Notes: generated by a model not told the origin, from the letters alone. Shown: positions 1 through 12,022, counted from the stretch's first letter. The stretch: 33,376 bases of DNA from Octopus bimaculoides (GCF_001194135.2 NC_069003.1:29314867-29348242); one strand, 5' to 3'. Translations and numbers: made by a program.

Positions 1-49
<49 letters not shown>

Positions 50-695
50 ATATATACATATATACATATGATACATATGTTTATATATACACAAGCATAC
101 ACATAGAGACTCCACATATAAATATAGGCACACATAGATACATACATTTGCATCTGCTGTGTGCTTTGTAATAATTGTTCACACAGATTTTGCATTGATT
201 TTCGTTATGTTCTGTATTATTTGGTTGGCAACGAAATATCTTAAGGAGGCACACACAATCATGAAATCTCCATCTAAATCTAATTTCCTGATCTAAGCAG
301 CTGCACTCTATGTTCTATGTGCGTAATTCTCGAGAATAATTTGCTAAAGTGAAACGTGGCTGTCATCCCTGTACGGGTAATCCAGCAATATCTCTTTATT
401 AAGCCAGAACAGTCGGATGTATTTAAATGGTCTAATTTTTTTACGGTAAGGTCTGAAGTAACTACCTTTCTCTTTTTAACACACAAACACACACACAGAG
501 ACGCACACAAACACACACATATATACACTAATACAGACGTACATATATACGTACATACATACTTGCATATTCATATCTACATACTTTCACGCTTACATAC
601 ACACATATATATGGAAATGGTCAACTAGACCCATTGTGACGTAATTAACTATGGGAAAATTCACAAAATTGTCAGACATTGCAGTGTTTACTTAC

Positions 696-752
696 GGAAT
701 TGTATATTCTGATTTCGAACCCAACCAAAGTCGATATTCCTTACATCCATCC
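696..752 (-). CDS. Candidate 57-nt internal exon of an unidentified host gene (phase-2 reading DGCKEYRLWLGSKSEYTI)
   Basis: Minus strand reads ttttattaatacag|GGATGG...ACAATTCC|gtaagt. Canonical acceptor and consensus donor; length divisible by 3; two frames open. No homology recognised. Confidence 0.25.
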
Positions 753-846
753 CTGTATTAATAAAATATGAACCACCCTGTCGTGACTTTGATTTAAACC
801 GACTCCATCTTCTACTCAAATTTCAATTATTATTAAAAACCAATAC

Positions 847-1019
847 GGAGGCAGTAAGCTGGCAGAATCGTTAGCACGCCGGGCGAAATACTTAATGGTA
901 TTTCGTCTGCTGCTACGTTCTGAGTTCAAATTCCGCCGAGGTCGACATTGCCTTTTTACCTTTACGGCTGGGGTAGGGGTTGATGTATTTGGCTATCCCC
1001 CTCCCCCCAAAGTTTCAGG
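847..1019 (+). mobile_element. tRNA-derived SINE, family A (GGCGGCGAGCTGGCAGAA type), with candidate TSD
   Basis: A-box-like TGGCAGAATCGTTAG and B-box GAGTTCAAATTCC; similar to many other copies in the window; flanked by attaaaaaccaatac (832-846) and attagaaaccaatac (1020-1034). Confidence 0.85.
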
Positions 1020-1102
1020 ATTAGAAACCAATACAATTATAAGTTGCAAGGAACTGTAGAGCGTCGGAGAAAATATCTTGGGAAATTTTGTTACCCTGAG
1101 AC

Positions 1103-1280
1103 ACTGAACTGGAAGAATCGTTAGCCGGCCGGGCTATGTGATTGGCGGCTTTTCCTCCGTCTGTACGTTCTAATTTCAAATTCCGCAGAGGTCAACATTG
1201 CCTTGCATCCTTCTGGGGAGGTTAAAACAAGTAGCAGTTCAGCACTAGTGTCAATTGACCCGACTCACCCCTCCTTCAAT
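1103..1280 (+). mobile_element. Diverged family A SINE
   Basis: ctggaagaatcgttagc...ttcaaattccgcagaggtcaacattgccttgcatcc aligns by eye to the other copies. Confidence 0.75.
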
Positions 1281-1528
1281 AGTACTGAGCTTGCACACCA
1301 CTTATTTCCATTCACAGTATTTTTATAATTCGACTTTCCTAAACGACATTTTATACCACCACGACAACTTCATTTTCTTTGTGAATGTGTACTTTAACAT
1401 ACATCCATTTCGCTATACGTTATGAAGAAATACAGTCACTCACTTTTTCTCTCACATGCACACGCACGCATACATACAGAAATGATGCATGCATATGTAT
1501 TTATGTACATGTATATGACAGAGAAACA

Positions 1529-1530
1529 TA

Positions 1531-1612
<82 letters not shown>
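1529..1612. repeat. (TA)n microsatellite at the 3' side of a minus-strand SINE head
   Basis: Near-perfect TA run seen directly. Confidence 0.98.
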
Positions 1613-1616
<4 letters not shown>

Positions 1617-1777
1617 ATGGGATACTTTCAGTCTCCTTCTACCAAATCCACTCATAGGGCTTTGGTCGGCCCGAGGCTATAGTAGAAGACAGTTGGCCAA
1701 AGTGCCATGTAGCGTGACTGAACCCGGAACCATGTGGTTGGTAAGTAGGCTACTTACCACACAGCCACGCCTGCGCC
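1612..1777 (-). mobile_element. tRNA-derived SINE, family B head (GGCGCAGGCGTGGCTGTGTGGTAAG type)
   Basis: Minus strand: ggcgcaggcgtggctgtgtggtaag (A-box), ccgggttcagtcac (B-box), ctactatagcctcgggccgaccaaagcc; homologous to 6070-6291. A second partial head (gctacttaccatacagccac) lies at 1781-1800. Confidence 0.85.
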
Positions 1778-2074
1778 CTAGCTACTTACCATACAGCCAC
1801 CCATATATATATGTATATATATGTGTGTGTGTGTGTTTATATATATACATATATACATACGTGTAGATATACACTAGTTTAGGTACAATACTACATCTTG
1901 CCATAAAGTATTTTTTAGTATTTATTTTCGATATAACTTTCTGTATCTACATTTCTGCAGTTTTCTTCCAAGCTAGTTTTTTTATGTCTGTTAGTGACAA
2001 TGACGCTGTACGCTAAATTTAAAGCAACATTCAGACCTATTAAATGCAGGACTATTCGCAATGACTTCATATTT

Positions 2075-2400
2075 ATGTCAGTTCTTAATAATCCTCACGA
2101 CTCCTAGGCTAGCCAATTAGAGTGAAGTCTCAATTATATGAGACAACACACAATAGGTTTTGATGCAATACAGCAAAAACATCACTTAGTAAACAATAGA
2201 CTGTCAGACCTTTGGCTTTCTAGACGAGCGAAACTATTGCAATGATTCAATGAAAAGAGTTCAGTTATATTGGCGCTGTTTCGTTCGAGCTACTTTTAAA
2301 TACAATATACCAGAAAGTTGCTTTTCTTCGCGTAGTTCACAGCGTACGCATCACAACACGCTGAGATTCAACAGAACACTATATAAAGAGCTGATATTTA
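2075..2400 (+). mobile_element. Possible degenerate hAT (Charlie-like) transposase C-terminal remnant
   Basis: Frameshifted pieces VLNNPH, LSDLWLS, VILALFRSSYF and PESCFSS occur in the order of the hAT motifs WxRNPF, LxxFW, LxPFxSTY and CExxFS. Highly decayed; judged by eye only. Confidence 0.3.
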
Positions 2401-2508
2401 TTGCTTCCATAGTCGTGGCTTATCGATCACTATGCCAGATAATATTTGCAACATGTCAAATATATTAGTGTTATATTTTACAACTGTTACATTTATATAT
2501 GATATATA

Positions 2509-4235
2509 CTAGCTGAACGACCCTGCGTTGCCCGGGTTTCTGCTGTCCTTATTCAGATTAGTAAGCAACTCATAATTATTTCAAAATATCTATATTTTAT
2601 TTTAAAATATCCAAATTGTAATGTTAATAGAATTTAGAATTGAAAATCTGTCAATGTTGAAGCACCTCAGGGTAAACAATATTTATTGTATAATTTGTGT
2701 TGGTGTCGAAATGAATGAATTGTTGCTGATTCCAACTCATGAGCAACCAACATAGAGTTGGCCATGGAAGAGCATGTTGGAGAGAGATCAAGTGCAACTC
2801 CGGAGATTTGTTAATTGAAATTCCAAGACTTAGTTTGACAGGAAACTGAAGCATCTTGATTTCAAATGGGACATCTTTTGGTATCAGAGAAATTTTTGGA
2901 ATAAAGGCATTTTCTCCTTTGTGACTACCTGTTAGGATTGTTGCATCCAGGACATGGGACTTCATGGAAGTAACATTAATGCGAGTTGCATTACACAGGT
3001 GAGATGGTCAAGATTCCTATGCAACATAATGGGAACACCCAGTTTTAGCGTCAAGTTATGCGCTGGGTTTAAGAGTGTTCAGATATTTCACAGGGTATTG
3101 AACAACCTGATCTTTATCGACTGTTGTTAATTGATCGAAAAGTCATTTGTGATGTATCTGTTAACTTTTGAAGAATTTCATGATTGAGTTTATCAACCAT
3201 TCCATTAGTTGGAACTAGTATAGCTCTTTCACATAGCCAGTTTCCATCAGTGTAATTTACAGATAAACTAGGAAATACTTTATCTATAAGATCCCTAATA
3301 GAAAGTATCATTTGATTGCATGTAATTTCATGTAGCAGAAGTCTTGAGTTGAATATTATTATCCCATTACCAATCTTCAGAATCTTGTATGATCCCCTTG
3401 TATAAGTATTCTGATGTTCCTTGTAAGATGCAGTTTTTTCACGTCTCCAAAGATACGATTTTTTGAAGCATGCATTGAACTCATCATCATTCTATCCTTT
3501 GGGGATAATTGGCAACGTTTGACGAAAATCTCCTGCAAGAACAACTGTTACTCCTCCCCAGAGCGTGCTCTTGTCTTTTTATATCTTGGAGATTACAGTC
3601 AACTAGCTCTGGAGCTCCACGATGTGACAGTGCGCTCATCCCAAACAATGATGCAAGTTTGTTGGAGAGCTGTTGTCATTGAAGAGTTTTTATAAATGTT
3701 GCAGATTTAAGATTCTTTCATTGCAATGTTTAGAGGGAGCTTGAACACTGAATGAGCAGTTCTTCCCCCATTGAGGAGAGTAGCTGCAATAGCAGAAGAT
3801 GCAACATTGGAAGAAGATTAGAATTTATTCCCTCCCATTTAGGATTTCAGGTGAAAGATACAAAAACATCTGGTCATAGCATATTGTGATAGTTCGTGCA
3901 TATATCGAGGACTACATGTAAATGATGATGTGAGGCTTATAAGTTGCCCCATGTTTCGAATATCGTCATTTCCCCTCAAAATATCTTGGAAATGAATAAT
4001 TTTTAGCCCTTAAATTTTTTTATTGTTACAAATGTAGAGGAGACGCTGACTCTCACCTTCAGCATACACATCAACCAGGTATTGCTGAAATTGATAACGA
4101 TATATGTGGATGGCTACTTCATTAGATATCTGATCATTAAAACGGCGTAAAATGGCCTTTACTATAGACGAAAGGAACGCGGAAACACACACACACTCAC
4201 AGATATAAAGGCACTCATATCATTGATAATAATGA
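2509..4235 (-). mobile_element. Internally deleted Helitron (Rep fragments plus PIF1 helicase); 5' boundary approximate
   Basis: 3' end on the minus strand: GC-rich hairpin acccgggcaacgcagggt (2520-2537), then cagCTAG|T (CTAG at 2509-2512). Rep motifs FQQYLVDVYAEGESQRLLYI (~4030-4090) and SSFTCSPRYMHELSQYAMT (~3872-3930). Helicase motifs are listed in the next feature. Confidence 0.92.
2651..3810 (-). pseudogene. Helitron PIF1-family helicase, disrupted by stops and frameshifts
   Basis: VASSAIAATLLNGGRTAHSVFKLPL, IIVWDE, GGVTVVLAGDFRQTLPIIPKG, ERAILVPTN, YPVKYLNTL, LKLGVPIMLHRNL, QFPVKLSLGISINKS and terminal NIVYPEVL are all hallmark Helitron helicase motifs, in the correct order. Confidence 0.93.
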
Positions 4236-4389
4236 AAACAGAAAACTGTACACACACGAAGTTCAAGCGAAATATAGTCAACAGAGGTGCAAAACATACT
4301 CTCTGTAGCATAGTGATGATATAAATTTTTTTTAGCATATATTTCTAAAATAAAGATTCCAGCATCGGAAAGTCCCTAACTTAGCACAA

Positions 4390-5170
4390 ATTGCTATGCG
4401 TCACCAACGTAAGAAAAGTTCACAAAGTCAACATTTATTTGGAACATGTACTTAATGTTATAAATGTTATAAAATTCAGGATTGAATGTGACGGTGAAAA
4501 AAGTCAAGCTTCAAGAAAATTCAGAAGACATAATTCAATTTTTCATACAAATATAATTTATTATTTTACAATTTTTAAACGAGTGCTGAACAAAGAATGT
4601 ATAAAGGAATATGTTGCTGTTGTGAACGTTAATTGATTTCAAACATTTGCTGAAGGATGTATGCAGCAAGGCATAAATTAAGTTGACATCACTTGCTATA
4701 TATTTTAACTGTGTAAGGCTGTAGAATAAATACTAACGCATTAAAAAGGTTGAGCAGCGCTGAATACTCACACAGATAAAGCAGCATACAGGAATACGAT
4801 AAGGACGCTAGGACTGTTAAAAAAGCATTATCTTCAAACTGGTTATAAGGACTGGAATAACATTTCTAAGTCCTTCTGCTTCGCCATATTTCGGAATATG
4901 TTATAATAACCAGGATAACATTTTTTTCCAGATATATTTGCGAGTGTTGTGAGTGTTATCAAATCAGCGAAATCTTCATGTCGGTTATAAAATTCAGAAT
5001 AATACTGCAGTACATAAGCAGTGATAATTATTAATGTTATTTAAACCGCAACTTGCCATGATGAAAAAGAAAATCCAAACAACGATACTTCAAAGTGAAT
5101 TCTGTTGTTCGTTCAACATCCAGGCCACAACTAAACTAAATACTTTCAAAACTGGCACGTTTCACCTTTA
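4390..5170 (+). mobile_element. Possible degenerate hAT (Charlie/SPIN-like) transposase remnant
   Basis: EHVLNVINVIK...SIFHTN resembles DHVMxxVVKIVNFI...LLYHTEVRW; VDIT...FNCVRL*NK at ~4682-4730 resembles LVDITxHLNxLNxKLQGK. Many stops; judged by eye only. Confidence 0.3.
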
Positions 5171-6069
5171 GGCGGCAGAGCCATATGCATATACTAAGAA
5201 AGACAAACACAGAGGTACATTCACGCACATCTCAGGCATATCTCTGTCCCTCTGTGAGACTGCATCTGTCTTTAGATATGTGTATGTGCGTGTCAGTCGT
5301 CACAAAAATGTGCGTATACTGACAAACATATACGCATCAGCTGGGAATTGAAACCTCAACGTAGAAAGGCAAGATTTAATATTCTTACTTTATTGTATCA
5401 TATGTGATAATCTGACTGTATATGGGACACGAAGGGAGCCTTCATGCGATTATTGTTCTTGTTAGATAACACAGCCAAATTCTTTCATGTTCATAACTTG
5501 ATGCGCTTTCTTTGCTTGCCTCTTAATATACTTTTCATTCTTTAATTATGTTTCCCAAACATCTGCTTCTTTGAATATAGCCATATTAGATGAGCATTTG
5601 TTTTTCACAACGTTCAGGCGTTGTTGTTCTTCACCTAATTGTTGTGATGGTTCTTGTATGAGACTCGTAACATTTTCCTATTCACCCACATTTCAATCGT
5701 ATTAATTATATTCACTTGAAATTTGTTCAAAGTCCATGCTTCGCAAACATAAATGCCTACTGGTCAAATGAGTGTGGTGATAGAGTTATTAAACCTGGAT
5801 ATTTGAACGGATAATCATAGCTAGGACAACTTTGACCAAAGATCTGCTCTACCAGTGGCGAACTGGTACTAAACACCTACACATTACTTCTGTTCTATAA
5901 ATGTGATATTGATTTTGTAACATAAGTAAAGTGTCTCATACAAAAGGTTACGGTCGATCCCTAATTGCTGACTGTAATTTATTGTATTGACCTTGGAAGC
6001 ATGAAAGATAAATTTGCCTTTGGGACAACTAATGGTGAGACGGTTTACAAGTTTTAAAAAAAAAGCGTA

Positions 6070-6727
6070 GTGCAGGCGTGGCTGTGCGGAAGCACAAACG
6101 TGGTTGTGAATGGGTTCAGGCAGCTGTGTTGAGGTGCATGTGTGGCTGTGTTTCCCAGTCACATGGTTTCGGTTTCAGTCCCGCTGCCACTCGTGGCACA
6201 CTCGGTAGATGATTTCTACTATAACTTCAGGTCAACCAAAGCCTTCTGAGTGTATTTATTAGAAGGAAACTGAAACAATTCCGTTGTATATNNNNNNNNN
6301 NNNNNNNNNNNNNNNNNNNNNNNNNNNNNNNNNNNNNNNNNNNNNNNNNNNNNNNNNNNNNNNNNNNNNNNNNNNNNNNNNNNNNNNNNNNNNNNNNNNN
6401 NNNNNNNNNNNNNNNNNNNNNNNNNNNNNNNNNNNNNNNNNNNNNNNNNNNNNNNNNNNNNNNNNNNNNNNNNNNNNNNNNNNNNNNNATATATATATAT
6501 ATATATATATATAACGGGTGATACTGTGTCTGTGTCTGTTCCTCATCATCGCTAGTCAACCGGTGTTGGTGTTTCTACGTCTCTATAAATAAGTGGTTCG
6601 ACAAAAGAAACCGGTTGAATAAATACCAGTATTAGCGTCAATTCAGTCGCCAAAAATTGTTGAAGGTGGTACCCCAGCATGGCCGCAGTCTCATTACTGA
6701 TGCAAGTAAAAAGCAATAAATAAAAGA
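6070..6727 (+). mobile_element. Composite family B SINE: tRNA-like head (6070-6291), internal (TA)n and gap, 3' body/tail (~6515-6727)
   Basis: Head homologous to 1612-1777; tail catcgctagtcaaccggtgttggtgtt...ccagcatggccgcagtc...aataaaaga homologous to 29603-29788. Confidence 0.8.
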
Positions 6728-8283
6728 TGTATTATGTCACTTGACTTTTCCAATTCAACGTACCGCTCAACAATTTCATAAAAACGACATAGAAGGAATT
6801 GAAGCTCGTATCACTTTACCCTCTATTATCATATAGCAAATGATCTGAAATTAGTTATAACTACCAGATTAGCAGGGTAAGCGATAAAGTTCTATTTTTG
6901 TTTAAATGCACTCCACTTAATTATACTTCGCCATATTTTTCATACGGAAAAATCAGTTTCGTATCATTGAATATCATACCAAAATCTCAGTCAATTTTCA
7001 TTTAACGCGACACTAAATTATATTTAAATTATATGTATGAGATAGCCTTTTCGCAGCTTTGAACCTTGATTTCATTTGAGACGTATTGTCTGCAAATATC
7101 TTGATAAAATTAATTGGTAAGCTAGCTTGAGCTACGAGATATCTTTTACAAGCAGGAAAATTTCTCTTTTTTTTTTATCACAACAAATATTATTATTTTT
7201 ATTTCTATTTTTAATGACATGGCATTGAAAATCAAATAATTGAGATATTGCTATCTTATCTCTTCTTAATATCTTAGGAATTGAAAATACAACAGTTGAT
7301 ATCTTCTGTCGGTTGTATCATATAGATTTAGTGTTCATGAAAACGGATAATTCAACACAAATAATATATAGTTTTCGTTTAGGGTAATGCCTTGTGAAAG
7401 AATGTATAAGAAGATAATCGATTTACAAGGCAATACTTCACGTGTTTGTCAAATTGTATTAGTGATAATACGATACGTATGTTGACTCATTTATAAGACA
7501 AATGAAATAAAGGCATACATTATGAATAGGTCCACCAATTATTTTCCTCTTGGAGGATATTAAAGTAAGCAATGCTGAAATCTATTAATGTTCATCATTA
7601 TTGAATCATAATGTTATGTCAATAAAAATCATCGCTCTGTTAGATTTGTCCTTGTTTTATAAGTTCGTTATCACATGGTAAATTTGTCTTTCATATTGTA
7701 TTTCTCCCTTTCGTCTCTCTCGGTGAAAATGTTTTTCTGATATCTGATTTACATGGATATGCCAAGCCCTATCCATCAGATTTGGGATCAGAAGCATTTC
7801 AGCCGGCATCATCCTGTTTATATATATATATATACAGACATATATATTGAGAGAGAGAGATGCGTGTCTATATATATATATATATAGCACTAAGACCACC
7901 AGACAACGTGGTTTCGATTTGTATTGGAGCTCCTCGGTTGTGAATATTCGTTCGCCAGGCATGATAGCAGTTTAACCTCACTTAATCCAAAGTAATCTCT
8001 TTCTTTTCCTTTTTTTTTTGTAAGACAGGAGGGGACGTTTTGCAGGAATTTATACAGTTATTTGTTAGCCATCCTTGCGGACCCACAGAGACCCCTTCAC
8101 TATAACACGTAGAGTAGCATTTCATTATTTAATTCTGTCTCCACACTGTAATTTCCAAAATCAGTCAGGTCTAATGCGTAAATAAATATCCTGTCTGTAG
8201 TTATGACAACCGTGCCAGTATCTATTATCACTGTAACTATGGAGGCCGTATGAATGATGTCATTCTTTCGCACGAACTCACAG

Positions 8284-8363
8284 AAATATCTTCCTACGAA
8301 GCGCGTTCTTCGTACACTGTTGTTTTCTTTTGACTTCGGAACAACAAAGAATTTCTACTACAG
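8284..8363 (+). other. Candidate exon ending in a consensus donor (CAG|GTAAGT); 5' boundary uncertain
   Basis: Perfect donor after 8363; possible acceptor cacag at 8279-8283; two frames open. No homology recognised. Confidence 0.2.
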
Positions 8364-8886
8364 GTAAGTCTGCTGTATTTTCATTCTCTATGAATCATTA
8401 TTGTCCTGTTTTATGTTTTTAATGATCTTAGACAGTTTTGGACACCGACCATGCTGGAGCAATGTCTTCAATTCTTTTCTTTAGTAAATCATATCGATCC
8501 AAGTATTGTTATCTGCTGCATTCTTTTTATCGAGCTCATAAAAGCAACATGACGTAAAGAGGCGTAATTCAGAGGAAAGAAGGCAAGTTTACTGACTTCA
8601 AAAACTCGATTGTACCTCCCCGTATATATATATGTGTCTGTGTATGTGTGTGGGTGTGTAAATAGATGCGACATACATGTATATACATACGAGTATATAT
8701 ACACACACACACATACACACAGATTATATAACCGTCTGGAGGATTATATATGATAATTTCAGTAAGATAACTAGAGCTTATATAATCCGAATAACAGTTT
8801 CGGATGCCATACTTGCAAAAGTCTACTGTTGCGTTATTTAATCAATGTTAATCTCACATGCATATACTCACATGCACACATGGGCT

Positions 8887-9609
8887 TATAGGAGATGCAT
8901 TCCAGAAGTCTTGAGACTTTTAAGAAGAAGCTGTTATATCTCTTCTAGATAATCGTAATTTTAGCACATTATGACAATGCATCTAAGAATCTGATCAGTC
9001 AACTGTATTTTTTTTTATTCCAGATTGAAGGAAATGGGTATGACAGTACTTTGAACACACCTTACTAAATAATACTTGTCACAGCTCACTGGTGCGCCGA
9101 ATGAAGTCGTTATAGGGAGACAGTTTGAAGCCTGCTATGCGATAAAATCTTTTGTTAAACTAGGCAGAAGCTTATCATATGCTCCAGACTGCTAATGGAT
9201 TAGCATTTGTTTTTCGCTGGCACGAGAGGCCAGGCAAAAAACAATAAATAAAATCCACCGAGAAGCATATAATGACCAATTCTTTCGACAGCAAGGGCAT
9301 GTGCTTTATCCACTGGCTTCTTCTGGCCAGAGAATCAACAAAGAGTACTTTATGATGCGTTTTAGGGAGTTCAGGAAGAAAATTCATTGCCAAAGTCCAC
9401 GACATCTTCACTAGGACAATGCACGAGTTTTCAATTCCATCCCGGTAACCAACCACTTGACAGAGATGGCCTTACCCACTCGACAGTCCTGACTCTGCTC
9501 CTTGTAACTTTTGGGTGTTTCCCAAGTTAAGGAGATGATAGAGACTGTGACAAGGTTCCTACCCACCTTCACTTTGGAGGATTCCATGAGGCCTTCACAA
9601 ATATGCATG
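8887..9609 (+). mobile_element. Internally deleted mariner (Tc1/mariner) element, running into an assembly gap
   Basis: N-terminal YAIKSFVKLG (9136-) and MLQTA (9179-), then a jump to KSTEKHIMTNSFDSKGMCFIHW...INKEYF, H*DNARVFNSIPVTNHLTEM (9409-; second catalytic D) and SPDSAPCNFWVFPKL (9485-; mariner YSPDLAPxD motif with D to N). Putative TA plus left TIR near 8887. Confidence 0.88.
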
Positions 9610-10727
9610 NNNNNNNNNNNNNNNNNNNNNNNNNNNNNNNNNNNNNNNNNNNNNNNNNNNNNNNNNNNNNNNNNNNNNNNNNNNNNNNNNNNNNNNNNNN
9701 NNTATATATATATATGTATATGTATGTATGTATGTATGTATGTATATATATATCACCTGTTTAGTTGCTTAATTTGTTGTAAGGAGAAGAGAGATTTCTC
9801 TCACGTCACAACTGCCGTCTAATTTCTAATTAGAATCTAAATTAGATTACGTGAACCCTTAGATACCTGACTTAGAACATTAGGAACGTGATGTTAAAAT
9901 TTGACCTGGGGCTTAGCAAGAAAATTAGAAGTTAAGCTTGATTACTGTGCCGCTTAGTTGAATCTTCAAGACAATGAAAAAGAGAAAAAAAGAACGAAAG
10001 CCAATCACTAGACATTCGTAGATTGTTTCTTTTGTGATCTTATTCATATCAGTCGTAGAACAATACGATTTCAATTTTGAACACAAATAAACAGGTAAAA
10101 TCGTTAAGGAAAGAAGGTTCTATTAAATATATACTTCTATGGAAATAATTCCATTAGATTTCAAACTATAGAATTGTTAAGGTCTTCCGTGATCTTTCAG
10201 GTATATGATTTCCATCGATGCGTAAGTCATATAAGTCGTATTCCCATAATGCATTTTATATCAATATAAAACATTCTGATATCGTGTGTTATTCTATTAG
10301 GAATAGGAAATTCAACATTAATTAACGGAAGAGCAAGCTCATTTAAAGATTAACTAATAACGTTGTGTCGCCAGTCATAAAACTTTCGATTTATTGACAT
10401 TGAAGATATGGACTAAACTGAATAAATATTTCCCCAAAGAGTCTTTAACTCTGGATGTAAAACATTTAGAGGCGTAGCCATAATTCGGTCAACTGATCAA
10501 ATTACTCGGGATGTTACCAACATAGCAATGATATTATCTGTTTTAAAATGCTTAATTAATTTTTTTTTTACTTTGGAAGTGACAGGTCACTAACATCAAT
10601 TCGTGATCTGTATGTTCATATTTCAAAGCAATAGCTAATGGAAATTGAAATCCTCCTCGAACGAGATTTGAACCTATATGTATATATATATATATATATA
10701 TACGGCAAAAAGAAAGTGGAGGCGATA

Positions 10728-10836
10728 CAAAATTGACACACATCAGCTGGTAGACATTCCATTATGTCTATTTATCATGTCTATTGGAATAAATAGACAT
10801 AATAGAATGTCTACCGGCTTATGTATGTCATTTTTG
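10728..10836. repeat. Long inverted repeat: 48-bp arms (43/48 matching), 13-nt loop
   Basis: Left arm caaaattgacacacatcagctggtagacattccattatgtctatttat (10728-10775) versus the reverse complement of 10789-10836, caaaaatgacatacataagccggtagacattctattatgtctatttat. Confidence 0.92.
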
Positions 10837-11219
10837 AATTCCCTTTGGTAAAAATGAATATTTAATTTTTACCCGAAAATTTGTAATAAATATAACTATA
10901 TCGCTATTATGGAACTACTCATGTTTTTACTCCAGAAGGAGTTCGGATCTGGGGTGTATATTAGGGAATTTGTGGGTTTCAGTGCAGATATTGTTTCAGA
11001 AATGTTGCGTACAGCGAAACAAAAGTAAGAAACGCACAGACATATGTAGTGATGTGCGCAAACACAAACACACAAACACTCACACACACACAGACACACA
11101 TCTACACACTCACACTCATAAATGCACTCACACTCACACTCACATAGGCTTACATATACAAGCACATATATATCGACGCACAGACGCGAATACATATTCA
11201 TAAACTGATTAAAAGGGGA

Positions 11220-11377
<158 letters not shown>

Positions 11378-11648
11378 TGTCGGTAGTCATAAAGTCAGCT
11401 CTCAGAAAACATTGCAAACAACAAAGATTTTAATCAAACAAATGTAATTAGTGTGACGCCACAGAGACTGGCTTGATAACAAGTCATTCGATGATTATCT
11501 GTCAGGAAAAACTACTTACATGACTTTAATAATTTATGCAACGCTATATCAACTGTAAGGTCATATGTTCAGAGATTTTCGCGATGTGTTATTAAGAACG
11601 CATGGTTCCCACACCCTGCGAATAACTTTGAATATCTTTTCTCGAAAT

Positions 11649-11855
11649 AAGGCAGTGAGCTGGAAGAATCGATTGCACGCCTCGTAAAGGCTTAGCAGTA
11701 TTTTGTCCGACCTTATTTTCTGAGCTCAAATTCTGCCAAGGTCAACTTTGTCTTTAATATTTTCGGAGTTCATGAAATAACTACCATCTCAGTACATGGG
11801 TCAATGTAACCGATTTGCCCCATCACTCTGTCACTAAAATTCGAAACTAATATAT
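11649..11855 (+). mobile_element. Diverged family A SINE
   Basis: aaggcagtgagctggaagaatcg...ctgagctcaaattctgccaaggtcaactttg matches the other copies. Confidence 0.78.
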
Positions 11856-11864
11856 TTTCATGAT

Positions 11865-11952
11865 GTAGTTATGTATTATGTGTGTATGTATGCATGTATG
11901 TATCTATGTATGCCTACATGCATGTATGTATGCATACATACATGTATGCTTG

Positions 11953-12022
<70 letters not shown>

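Noticed and set aside
1385-1866. Poly-IY/YI, HT and CV ORFs here and throughout (e.g. 10896-11417, 14429-14874, 20007-20849, 32456-33001)
   Set aside because: Translations of (TA)n, (CA)n and (GATA)n microsatellites, which lack stops by construction.
6227-6559. Long ORFs spanning N runs (also 9511-9822, 12346-13185, 28367-29302)
   Set aside because: Length comes from gap Ns, not from sequence.
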